Shown here piece after piece: positions 1 to 10,473 of a stretch of DNA of 64,000 bases (position 1 is the stretch's first letter; each line of letters starts with the position of its first letter). The stretch comes from Eledone cirrhosa (Eukaryota): contig CAXHJY010001472.1 in assembly GCA_964016885.1 (NCBI GenBank), forward strand, positions 124,001 through 188,000, given 5' to 3'. The notes below the pieces were generated by a model. That model made no database searches, had not been told where the DNA came from, and saw nothing but the letters and a program-made list of their open reading frames with translations. The position numbers and the translations under genes were made by a program.

Positions 1-77
1 GATGATGATGATGATGATGATGATGATGTATGTATGTATGTGTATATGTATGTATGTATGTATATGTATGTATGTGT

Positions 78-226
78 ATGAGATGCAGCTTGGTTTTGTG
101 CCGCTGAAAAGTGCAACAGATGCCCTCTTCTTAGTGAGACAACTACAAAAGAGGTTCTTAGAGAAAAATAAGCCACTATACTTAGCTTTGGACATAGAGA
201 AGGCTTTTGATAGAGAACTCTTATAA
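78..226 (+). pseudogene. Short RTE-clade LINE reverse transcriptase fragment (one per unit)
   Basis: EMQ(L/F)GFVPLKSATDALFLVRQLQKRFLEKNKPLYLALDIEKAFDR aligns by eye with EMQFGFVSGKSTTDALFIVRQLQEKYLVKSKPLYLAFVDLEKAFDR in the RTE ORF at 24617-25873. The Met-rich N-terminus of the called ORF is (GAT)n/(TATG)n. Confidence 0.9.
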
Positions 227-299
227 ATGACAACATATATATACGTGTGTGTATATATATGTTTTTTTTAAAACTATATATTTATTACTCCCTTAAGCA

Positions 300-600
300 G
301 AAGAAATATATTCCCAGATATCGAAGATTACCACAATAACTAGGGAGCGGAAGTCAAAAGATGCTGGACATTACTGCTGAGGGTAGGATGACCTGATGAG
401 CTGGCTCCTGTGGTGGATACCTAAACATAGTAAGACCCAAGTGGGATGACTGAGGTTCACCTACATACATCAGATGTCTCTGGATCTCCAGCTAGAGATT
501 AATGATCTCAGGAATGCCATGAAAAATCGTGACATCTAAAAAAGAAGAGTAGAATTGTTCTGGCCAATCCACCTGACCTAATAAACAATAATAATATTAA
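300..600 (+). pseudogene. Decayed 3' end of an RTE-like LINE (RT C-terminus plus TAA-rich tail), one per unit
   Basis: Manual translation (copy 2) gives AGHCC*G*DDLMSWLLWWIPKH...TYIHQMSLDLQLEINDLRNAMKNRDI*KRRV. This resembles the AGH...LLW.P.H...TYI.Q...L..AM.DR..W C-terminus of RTE-group ORFs and is followed by taataaacaataataat. Confidence 0.65.
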
Positions 601-679
601 TATATATTGATGAAAATTAATTATGGTGAAATATCTTAGAAATCATTCTCAGAGGTTTTGTATTGTAATCCACACTTGC

Positions 680-2673
680 TCATTGTGGCTTCTGATGCAG
701 ACATCATGTCCGCCATCAGGTCCTTCCCAGCTAGCAGCTGCGGAGATGTTGATGGTCTCTGACCAGGCCTCCTCAAGGAGTTCATATCTCCCCTCTCCGC
801 TGAGGCCGGGCGCCGCCTTCTGAGTGCAATTGTGGCGCTCACCAATACGCTCATCCATGGCGCCCTGGACTCTTATGCTCGAGGCCTCTTTTTTTCGGCC
901 AGCCTCACCGCTCTCAGGAAGAAAGAGGATGGCATACGCCCCATTGCTGTGGGCAATGTCTTCCGGAGGCTGGCTGCCAAGGTAATCTGCAAGTCCGTAA
1001 CACTCGGAACCGGCATCCAGGGCCTCCAGCCACCTCATTGTCAAGTTTGACATGAGGAATACCTTCAACTCTTTACGCTGGGATCATCTGCTCGAGGCCT
1101 GCCTCAGCCGAGCCCCCTCTGCCTACCTGTCATATGGAGCCCCAAGCATGCGCCATGCTGCTGATACGGTCATACCCTTGGCTACTGGGATCCAACAGGG
1201 CAACCCTTTGGGACCCCTCCTGTTCACCCTTGGTATTGACCACATCGCCTGGAGTATAACGGCCCCTCTCAACGTTTGGTATCTGGATGATGCTACTTTG
1301 GGTGGGCCCGTACAGGCGGTCTGCCATGACCTTCAATCGGTGGTTCCTGCCCTGGCGGGAATCGACCTCCAGGTCAACTCAGCCAAGTCGGAGGTGGTGA
1401 ATGTCAGCCTCGATGCTGCAAGCTTTGCAGTCTCCGTCTTGGACGTGCGGTCCATTCTCCGCCAGGTTCAGGTGACCCCCCAAAGAGGATGCCCTCACCG
1501 ATCCACCCGCCGGCCATCCGCTCCTCCATCAAGTCCAGACTCTCACGAGCCGACTGGGCTTGATTGATGGCCACCCAGTTCTCTTTCTGCTGAGGAACTG
1601 CTACGCCATGCCGAAGCTCCTCTATACACTCTGTGCTACACCTAAACTTGTATCCGAGCAGCAGCCGATGAGATATGCAACTTTACCTGTCAGGTATGGC
1701 GACCTTCGCCTCCAGTCCCCGATCTCACTAGCTTTGCCGGCACATCTTTCGTCGGTAACCTCGTACCACGTCCTCCTCAGCAGGGTTCTTCAAAACACAA
1801 CAGAACCCTCTGTGTTCAGAGAACGCGTGGCCGCCTGTGAGACGTGGGACCGGCTGGGACTTAGCCCAGTAGACGTTCCTCCTCCTTCTCCCCCTGTTGA
1901 CGTCAAGTCCCCCCCAACACACTTGGGATGCCATCCAGTGCAGCCTGGCCTCAGACAGGCTCACGTGCCAGCTCGACCAGCACCGCCTTGTTTGTTTTCG
2001 TGCAGCCTCCAAACCCCACAGTGGGGCCTGGCTCCATGCCCTGCCCTCCTTCTCCACTCGCACGAAGCTAGACAACAATAGCTTGCGCATCGGCGTTTCC
2101 CTGAGGCTCGGCCTCACACCAATGTCGCTGCCGTTCCACCATGGACTCTTTCGGCCTCCACCCGCTTTCCTGTCGCCACAGTGCCAGCCGTAATCCACGC
2201 CATGCTGCCCTCAACAAAGTCATTAAGCATGGCTTGGACGCTGCAGGCTTCCCTTCCCAGCTCGAGGGGACGGCAAAAGGCTAGATGGCATGACCATCTT
2301 CCCGTTCCGCGGTGGCAAACCCCTCGTCTGGGATGCCACTTGCACCGACACTTTCTGCAGCCGCAACCTGGTGCAGTCTGCGACTGGCCCAGGTTCTGCT
2401 GCACGTCAGGCTGAGGGGGCCAAACTCCTCACATATCGTTCACTCTCCGACAGGTTTGCGGTCGTACCCCTGGAAGTGGAGACTTCTGGTGTCCTCGGCC
2501 CCAGGGCTACCTCCTTACTCACCACCATAGGCGCTGAGCTGGCCAGCCGCAGGTGTGAGCCCCGCGAGTTGGAGTGGCTTTTCCAGCGCGTCTCCCTTGC
2601 CGTGCTCCGGGGAAACGCCTTCTCCATTCTGTCCGCCGGGGCTGTGGGTGGGTCCCATCGCGTACCGTTATGA
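680..2673 (+). mobile_element. CRE-clade non-LTR retrotransposon (RT + Zn knuckle + restriction-like endonuclease), 5'-truncated and disrupted, copy 1
   Basis: Motifs across frames: AIRSF..S.G.VDGL*P, ALRKKEDGIRPIAVGNVFRRLAAK, KFDMRN.FNSL, GIQQGNPLGPLLF, WYLDD, LPVRYG(G/D)L, GAWLHALP, CRC-x9-H-x3-C, RHAALN, KR(P/L)DGMT..WDATCTDT, PLEVETSG, LFQRVSLAVLRGNA. Markedly GC-rich relative to its flanks. Confidence 0.9.
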
Positions 2674-3184
2674 ATGTATACAAAACAACTAAATCTCTTA
2701 AATAACTTCACTTATATCCAAAACATGATTTGTATATACATCAACAGTGACTCATTATTATACGCCAGTCACGACCCCACTGCAAAAACGATATCTATAT
2801 AACAACCCCACCGTAAAACTACTCTTCCCCACTTTACAAACACTTTATATTATTTGTCATTAAGGTTTCTTAAAATAAATATATATACGTATGTGTAGTA
2901 ATTAGTACGGAGACTGAGAGAGAAGGGGCGAGTGTGTCTTCATGGAGGGCACATGGGACCAGCAAAGCCCTAAAAGTAGAGACCAGTAAATGAGATAAGG
3001 TCCTAGCTATGTTAAGAATATAAATAAGAAACATGTTCTATACATTTAAGAAGACAAGAGAAACATGTTCTAAACATTTAAGAAATAATTATTTACCTCT
3101 TTCATGTCGGTAATATAGCGGTGTTATAAAACTAATTATAACGACCGGTGTTAAAATAGAGAGAGATAGACAGATAAATGTGTG

Positions 3185-3275
3185 TCACACTCTCTTTAAA
3201 TCTTTTACACTATCTAACTCGTACTTCTCACACTCTCTTTAAATCTTTTACTCTATCTACCTCTCATTTCTATCT
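3185..3275 (+). repeat. ~43-bp pyrimidine-rich tandem subrepeat (cacactctctttaaatcttttac...), related copies at 4001-4105
   Basis: Two copies in most units and one in copies 2 and 4. Related ctctctttacatctattactctatct appears three times at 4001-4105. Confidence 0.75.
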
Positions 3276-3305
3276 GTGTATGTATGTATGTATCTGTCTA
3301 TGTGT

Positions 3306-3357
3306 AACTCGGTGTACTGGAGCAATATGAAGTGAAGTGTCTTGCTCAAGAAGACAT
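3306..3357 (-). mobile_element. SINE central-domain fragment, inverted relative to the SINE at 5627
   Basis: The reverse complement tgtcttcttgagcaagacacttcacttcatattgctccagtacacc matches tgtttccttgagcaagacactttatttcacattgctccagtttactc at 5708-5755. Confidence 0.8.
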
Positions 3358-3661
3358 TTTGTGGAGTTATATCATCGTTTCTTGTTATAAAGCTACTTAT
3401 ACTACCGGCGTAACAGTGGCTATAGGTGATAGATGTAGAAATAAAAGGCTGTAACAGCGATATAAATATAGATGAAATAGTTTACCACGAGACTAAGAAT
3501 GAATGTTTAATGGAATTAAGTGTAATCTAATAGGAAATAAGAGGCTAGAGCAGCGAAATGTTTACGTAAAATAAAAGAACAACAAACAAGAGTGCAACAT
3601 TGAAATTTTTTTTTTTTTTTTTGTCGATATAAGCGTTATTTTATGCGCGATTTGCCTTGCT

Positions 3662-3774
3662 GCCGGCGCTGCTCAGTCAGTAGCAGCCCCGCTTACGAAC
3701 TTCAGGAGCCAACGACTTTACATGGTTCGAATCTCACCCTCTCCGCTCTTGTCGAGTTATCTCCTACTCTTTTT
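3662..3774 (+). ncRNA. tRNA-like Pol III-type element (A box, B box, T5 terminator), one per unit; not a functional tRNA cloverleaf
   Basis: GCCGGCG-CT-GCTCAGTCAGTAGCAGC follows the tRNA 5' layout (compare TAGCTCAGTCGGTAGAGC). GGTTCGAATC is at 3724-3733 and TTTTT at 3770-3774. The acceptor and anticodon stems do not pair. Confidence 0.45.
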
Positions 3775-3820
3775 ACTTAGTTCCAGGTCATTAAAATAGA
3801 GCAAAGAGGGCGCGGCGATC

Positions 3821-3997
3821 GGCATATGCACTGGCTACAATGTTGAACTTTGGTACTGACTGCGTAGTTGAACGTTCCACATACCAACCGCCCAACTGGC
3901 CAGTCAACCGCATATGCGGCTGGCTGGCCGGTTGGGTAGTTGGCATATGTACTGGCTACCATGCTGAACATTGTACTGACTGTCAAGTTGAACGTTC
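3821..3997 (+). repeat. ~57-bp direct repeats (each 2 x ~24-bp subunit) bracketing the palindrome
   Basis: ggcatatgcactggctacaatgttgaactttggtactgactgcgtagttgaacgttc (3821-3877) versus ggcatatgtactggctaccatgctgaacattgtactgactgtcaagttgaacgttc (3942-3997). Confidence 0.85.
3879..3950. other. ~70-nt GC-rich palindrome/hairpin (also ~9794, 15679, 21649, 31404, 37310, 43226, 49141, 55043, 60899)
   Basis: ccaaccgcccaactggccagtcaaccgca-ta-tgcggctggctggccggttgggtagttgg forms a 29-bp stem with 24 Watson-Crick pairs, 3 G-U pairs and 2 mismatches on the + strand. Confidence 0.85.
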
Positions 3998-4439
3998 TAA
4001 CCCTCTCTTTACATCTATTACTCTATCTACCGCTTATTTCTCCCCCTCTCTTTACTTCTATAACTCTATCTCCCACTCTCTTTACATCTATTACAGTGTC
4101 TCCCTGTATATATACACGTATATATGCACTAGATTTTATAAGAAATCTACGTAATAATATAATTAACAATAGTTGATGAATTAGACCAGAGTTAATTAAA
4201 CAATAAATATGAATGAAATAGCAGTAGATGGCGAAACTTGAGTGTTGTGTGTGCATACATATATATGAGGTAAACTGGTTCAAATACTGTCAGGATTATA
4301 TTGGATCAAAGACTGTATTAAATAGAAAGTAAAAAATGAAGTGAAAATATAAAAACAAACTGAAAATTTCCCCATCCCTAGAAAAATTCATATCTTGTTA
4401 TATATAGATAATTGGCGCTTTAAATTGAATAAATATTCA

Positions 4440-4515
4440 TTTATATATATATATATATGTATATATATATGTACACTGATATATATGTGTGTATATATAT
4501 ATGTGTATATATATA

Positions 4516-4560
<45 letters not shown>
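4440..4560. repeat. (TA)n-rich microsatellite, length-variable between units
   Basis: Directly visible. Confidence 0.95.
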
Positions 4561-4562
<2 letters not shown>

Positions 4563-4564
4563 AT

Positions 4565-5115
4565 ATCAACTTCATCATACGTCCGCTTTTCCATGCTTGC
4601 AAGGGTGGGGTGGGAGCTGATTCTGGATTGGTTTCTACAGCTGGGTGCCCTTCCTGACGCCAACCCCGTTTGCAGTGAGTGCTGGGTGCTTTTTTTTTTC
4701 CGTGGCACCTCCACGTCAGCTTTACAGTGTGGGCTGGGTGCTTTTTGGCCGCGGCCCCTCCACGACCACTTTGCGGTGGGGCGGTGGGGTGGTATGTGTA
4801 TACCCAGCCCATTGTCATTTGCCACACAGAAAAGCGTATAGCATCGTTCTTTACCCACGATGAATCTAGCAGACCCACCCCTCCACCTGGTCTCTTGAAT
4901 ACAACAAACATCGACCTCGTTACGTTCAAGCATTTCTACAACCTCGTTAGAGCCACCCTATAAGGTGCCTACATTAATGGTACCAACTCTGAAGTTTTGG
5001 ATTGCGTTTGGAGGTTGGGAGCAGTGGGGAGCGGGGATGGGGTTAGGGTTAGCCATCCGCGGCCGAAACAAAGAGGAGGAGCCCTTGCATTCTCGTCCAT
5101 GAGGTGGATTTGTCT
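4565..5115 (-). mobile_element. Internally deleted RTE-clade element: 5' region and APE endonuclease N-terminus fused to the 3' tail (one per unit; truncated in copy 4)
   Basis: The minus strand encodes [53 protein letters not shown] (APE N-terminal N and QET motifs). It then switches at ~4800 to a tail homologous to the 3' UTR of the RTE at 23828-24030. Confidence 0.85.
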
Positions 5116-5116
5116 T

Positions 5117-5626
5117 TATGTATGTATATGTATATATGTATGTATGTGTGTGTATGTATGTATATGTATATATGAGTGTATATGTGTATATGTATGTATA
5201 TGTATGTGTATATATGTGTATATGTATGTGTTTGTATATATGTGTGTGTATGTATATATGTGTGTGTATGTATATATATATATGTATGTATGTGTATATG
5301 TATGTATATGTATGTATGTGTATATGTATATATGTATGTATATGTGTGTATGTATGTATATATGTATGTATGTGTATATATGTATGTATGTATATGTATA
5401 TATACGTGTGTATATGTATATATACTTATGTGTATATGCTTATGTATGTGTATGTATGTATATTTATATTATGTATATATATATATCTATGTATGTGTAT
5501 GTATGTATATATATGTATGTATATGTGTATGTATGTGTATGTATGTATGTATGTGTATATATGTATGTATGTATATATATATGTATGTATATGTATATGT
5601 ATGTGTATGTATATGTATATGTATAT
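5117..5626. repeat. Compound (TATG/TGTA/TA)n microsatellite, ~440-510 bp per unit
   Basis: Directly visible. It is the source of the MYVC-type pseudo-ORFs. Confidence 0.97.
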
Positions 5627-5980
5627 GGAGGCACATGGCTTAGTGGTTCGAGCATTGGCCTGGCAATCGAAAGGTTGTGAGTTCAATTCTCAGACCGGGT
5701 GATGTGTTGTTTCCTTGAGCAAGACACTTTATTTCACATTGCTCCAGTTTACTCAGCTGTAGAAATGAGATGATAGGGACTGGGGTCCATATCATTCCAC
5801 TGCAAAGTGGTCGTGGAGGTGCCACGGCAAAAAAGCACTCAGCACTCACTGTAAATGAGGTTGGTGTTAGGAAGGGCATCCAGCTGTAGAAATCAAGCCA
5901 GAATCAGTTCCTGTCCCACCCTTACAAGCAGGGAAAAAGCGGACTTAAAACGAAATGATGATGATGATGATGATGATGAT
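5627..5980 (+). mobile_element. tRNA-derived SINE (A/B boxes, CORE-like domain) joined to an RTE-like 3' tail ending in (GAT)n; also at ~11518, 17445, 33140, 39046, 44955, 50857, 56713, 62625
   Basis: A box TGGCTTAGTGG at 5636-5646, B box GAGTTCAATTC at 5679-5689, core tccttgagcaagacactt, tail ggttggtgttaggaagggcatccagctgtagaaa...gatgatgat. Confidence 0.85.
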
Positions 5981-6632
5981 GTATGTATGTATGTGTATAT
6001 GTATGTATGTATGTATATGTATGTATGTGTATGAGATGCAGTTTGGTTTTGTGCCGCTGAAAAGTGCAACAGATGCCCTCTTCTTAGTGAGACAACTACA
6101 AAAGAGGTTCTTAGAGAAAAATAAGCCACTATACTTAGCTTTGGACATAGAGAAGGCTTTTGATAGAGAACTCTTATAAATGACAACATATATATATGTG
6201 TGTGTATATATATGTTTTTTTAAAAACTATATATTTATTACTCCCTTAAGCAGAAGAAATATATTCCCAGATATCGAAGATTACCACAATAACTAGGGAG
6301 CGGAAATCAATAGATGCTGGACATTGCTGCTGAGGGTAGGATGACCTGATGAGCTGGCTCCTGTGGTGGATACCTAAACATAGTAAGAGCCAAGTGGGAT
6401 GACTGAGGTTCACCTACATACATCAGATGTCTCTGGATCTCCAGCTGGAGATTAATGATCTCAGGAATGCCATGAAAAATCGTGACATCTAAAAAAGAAG
6501 AGTAGAATAGTTCTGGCCAATCCACCTGACCTAATAAACAATAATAATATTAATATATATTGATGAAAATTAATTATGGTGAAATATCTTAGAAATCATT
6601 CTCAGAGGTTTTGTATTGTAATCCACACTTGC

Positions 6633-8626
6633 TCCTTGTGGCTTCTGATGCAGACATCATGTCCGCCATCAGGTCCTTCCCAGCTAGCAGCTGCGGAGAT
6701 GTTGATGGTCTCTGACCAGGCCTCCTCAAGGAGTTGATATCTCCCCTCTCCGCTGAGGCCGGGCGCCGCCTTCTGAGTGCAATTGTGGCGCTCACCAATA
6801 GGCTCATCCATGGCGCCCTGGACTCTTATGCTCGAGGCCTCTTTTTTTCGGCCAGCCTCACCGCTCTCAGGAAGAAAGAGGATGGCATACGCCCCATTGC
6901 TGTGGGCAATGTCTTCCGGAGGCTGGCTGCCAAGGTAATCTGCAAGTCCGTAACACTCGGAACCGGCATCCAGGGCCTCCAGCCACCTCATTGTCAAGTT
7001 TGACATGAGGAATGCCTTCAACTCTTTACGCTGGGATCATCTGCTCGAGGCCTGCCTCAGCCGAGCCCCCTCTGCCTACCTGTCATATGGAGCCCCAAGC
7101 ATGCGCCATGCTGCTGATACGGTCATACCCTTGGCTACTGGGATCCAACAGGGCAACCCTTTGGGACCCCTCCTGTTCACCCTTGGTATTGACCACATCG
7201 CCTGGAGTATAATGGCCCCTCTCAACGTTTGGTATCTGGATGATGCTACTTTGGGTGGGCCCGTACAGGCGGTCTGCCATGACCTTCAATCGGTGGTTCC
7301 TGCCCTGGCGGGAATCGACCTCCAGGTCAACACAGCCAAGTCGGAGGTGGTGAATGTCAGCCTCGATGCTGCAAGCTTTGCAGTCTCCGTCTTGGACGTG
7401 CGGTCCATTCTCCGCCAGGTTCAGGTGACCCCCCAAAGAGGATGCCCTCACCGATCCACCCGCCGGCCATCCGCTCCTCCATCAAGTCCAGACTCTCACG
7501 AGCCGACTGGGCTTGATTGATGGCCACCCAGTTCTCTTTCTGCTGAGGAACTGCTACGCCATGCCGAAGCTCCTCTATACACTCTGTGCTACACCTAAAC
7601 TTGTATCCGAGAAGCAGCCGATGAGATATGCAACTTTACCTGTCAGGTATGGCGGCCTTCGCCTCCAGTCCCTGATCTCACTAGCTTTGCCGGCATATCT
7701 TTCGTCGGTAACCTCGTACCACGTCCTCCTCAGCAGGGTTCTTCAAAACACAACAGAACCCTCTGTGTTCAGAGAACGCGTGGCCGCCTGTGAGACGTGG
7801 GACCGGCTGGGACTTAGCCCAGTAGACGTTCCTCCTCCTTCTCCCCCTGTTGACGTCAAGTCCCCCCCAACACACTTGGGATGCCATCCAGTGCAGCCTG
7901 GCCTCAGACAGGCTCACGCGCCAGCTCGACCAGCACCGCCTTGTTTGTTTTCGTGCAGCCTCCAAACCCCACAGTGGGGCCTGGCTCCATGCCCTGCCCT
8001 CCTTCTCCACTCGCACGCAGCTAGACAACAATAGCTTGCGCATCGGCGTTTCCCTGAGGCTCGGCCTCACACCAATGTCGCTGCCGTTCCACCATGGACT
8101 CTTTCGGCCTCCACCCGCTTTCCTGTCGCCACAGTGCCAGCCGCAATCCACGCCATGCTGCCCTCAACAAAGTCATTAAGCATGGCTTGGACGCTGCAGG
8201 CTTCCCTTCCCAGCTCGAGGGGACGGCAAAAGGCTAGATGGCATGACCATCTTCCCGTTCCGCGGTGGCAAACCACTCGTCTGGGATGCCACTTGCACCG
8301 ACACTTTCTGCAGCCGCAACCTGGTGCAGTCAGCGACTGGCCCGGGTTCTGCCGCACGTCAGGCTGAGGGGGCCAAACTCCTCACATATCGTTCACTCTC
8401 CGACAGGTTTGCGGTCGTACCCCTGGAAGTGGAGACTTCTGGTGTCCTCGGCCCCAGGGCTACCTCCTTACTCACCACCATAGGCGCTGAGCTGGCCAGC
8501 CGCAGGTGTGAGCCCCGCGAGTTGGAGTGGCTTTTCCAGCGCGTCTCCCTTGCCGTGCTCCGGGGAAACGCCTTCTCCATTCTGTCCGCCGGGGCTGTGG
8601 GTGGGTCCCATCGCGTACCGTTATGA
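6633..8626 (+). mobile_element. CRE-clade retrotransposon pseudocopy 2
   Basis: Same RT/REL motifs (ORF fragments at 6734, 7005, 7513, 7850, 8243). Confidence 0.9.
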
Positions 8627-10430
8627 ATGTATACAAAACAACTAAATCTCTTAAATAACTTCACTTATATCCAAAACATGATTTGTATATACATCAACAG
8701 TGACTCATTATTATACGCCAGTCACGACCCCACTGCAAAAACGATATCTATATAACAACCCCACCGTAAAACTACTCTTCCCCACTTTACAAACACTTTA
8801 TATTATTTGTCATTAAGGTTTCTTAAAATAAATATATATACGTATGTGTAGTAATTAGTACGGGGGCTCAGAGAAGGGACTAGAGTGCCTTTATGGAGGG
8901 CACATGGGATCAGCAAAGTCCTAAAAGTAGAGACCAGTAAATGAGATAAGGTCCTAGCTATGTTAAGAATATAAATAAGAAACATGTTCTATACATTTAA
9001 GAAGACAAGAGAAACATGTTCTAAACATTTAAGAAATAATTATTTACCTCTTTCATGTCGGTAATATAGCGGTGTTATAAAACTAATTATAACGACCGGT
9101 GTTAAAATAGAGAGAGATAGACAGATAAATGTGTGTCACACTCTCACCCTCTCTTTAAATCTTTTACTCTATCTACCTCTCATTTCTATCTGTGTATGTA
9201 TGTATGTATCTGTCTATGTGTAACTCGGTGTACTGGAGCAATATGAAGTGAAGTGTCTTGCTCAAGAAGACATTTTGTGGAGTTATATCATCGTTTCTTG
9301 TTATAAAGCTACTTATACTACCGGCGTAACAGTGGCTATAGGTGATAGATGTAGAAATAAAAGGCTGTAACAGCGATATAAATATAGATGAAATAGTTTA
9401 CCACGAGACTAAGAATGAATGTTTAATGGAATTAAGTGTAATCTAATAGGAAATAAGAGGCTAGAGCAGCGAAATGTTTACGTAAAATAAAAGAACAACA
9501 AACAAGAGTGCAACATTGAAATTTTTTTTTTTTTTTTGTCGATATAAGCGTTATTTTATGCGCGATTTGCCTTGCTGCCGGCGCTGCTCAGTCAGTAACA
9601 GCCCCGCTTACGAACTTCAAGAGCCAACGACTTTACATGGTTCGAATCTCACCCTCTCCGCTCTTGTCGAGTTATCTCCTACTCTTTTTACTTAGTTCCA
9701 GGTCATTAAAATAAAGCAAAGAGGGCGCGGCGATCGGCATATGCACTGGCTACAATGTTGAACTTTGGTACTGACTGCGTAGTTGAACGTTCCACATACC
9801 AACCGCCCAACTGGCCAGTCAACCGCACATGCGGCTGGCTGGCCGGTTGGGTAGTTGGCATATGTACTGGCTACGATGCTGAACATTGTACTGAATGTCA
9901 AGTTGAACGTTCTAACCCTCTCTTTACATCTATTACTCTATCTACCGCTTATTTCTCCCCCTCTCTTTACTTCTATAACTCTATCTCCCACTCTCTTTAC
10001 ATCTATTACAGTGTCTCCCTGTATATATACACGTATATATGCACTAGATTTTATAAGAAATCTACGTAATAATATAATTAACAATAGTTGATGAATTAGA
10101 CCAGAGTTAATTAAACAATAAATATGAATGAAATAGCAGTAGATGGCGAAACTTGAGTGTTGTGTGTGCATACATATATATGAGGTAAACTGGTTCAAAT
10201 ACTGTCAGGATTATATTGGATCAAAGACTGTATTAAATAGAAAGTAAAAAATGAAGTGAAAATATAAAAACAAACTGAAAATTTCCCCATCCCTAGAAAA
10301 ATTCATATCTTGTTATATATAGATAATTGGCGCTTTAAATTGAATAAATATTCATTTATATATATATATATATGTATATATATATGTACACTGATATATA
10401 TGTGTGTATATATATATGTGTATATATATA

Positions 10431-10473
<43 letters not shown>

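Noticed and set aside
391-450. CTGATGAG suggesting a hammerhead ribozyme core
   Set aside because: No GAAA closing a stem II at a suitable distance, and the sequence is explained as decayed RT coding sequence.
649-2711. Minus-strand ORFs overlapping the CRE element (139, 156, 216, 101 aa)
   Set aside because: Antisense shadows of GC-rich coding DNA. They have no recognisable motifs and change with indels between copies.
3662-3750. Functional tRNA gene (3' end resembles tRNA-Ser GGTTCGAATC.CACCCTCTCCG)
   Set aside because: Acceptor, anticodon and T stems do not pair, so it is kept only as a tRNA-like element.
3777-4283. Short ORFs (69-104 aa) in the spacer
   Set aside because: Overlapping on both strands, low complexity, no domains, and broken by indels or stops in copies 4, 6 and 7.
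4997-5702. Long MYVC/IYIH-rich ORFs here and in every unit
   Set aside because: They are translations of stop-free (TATG/TA)n microsatellite, open in all frames.
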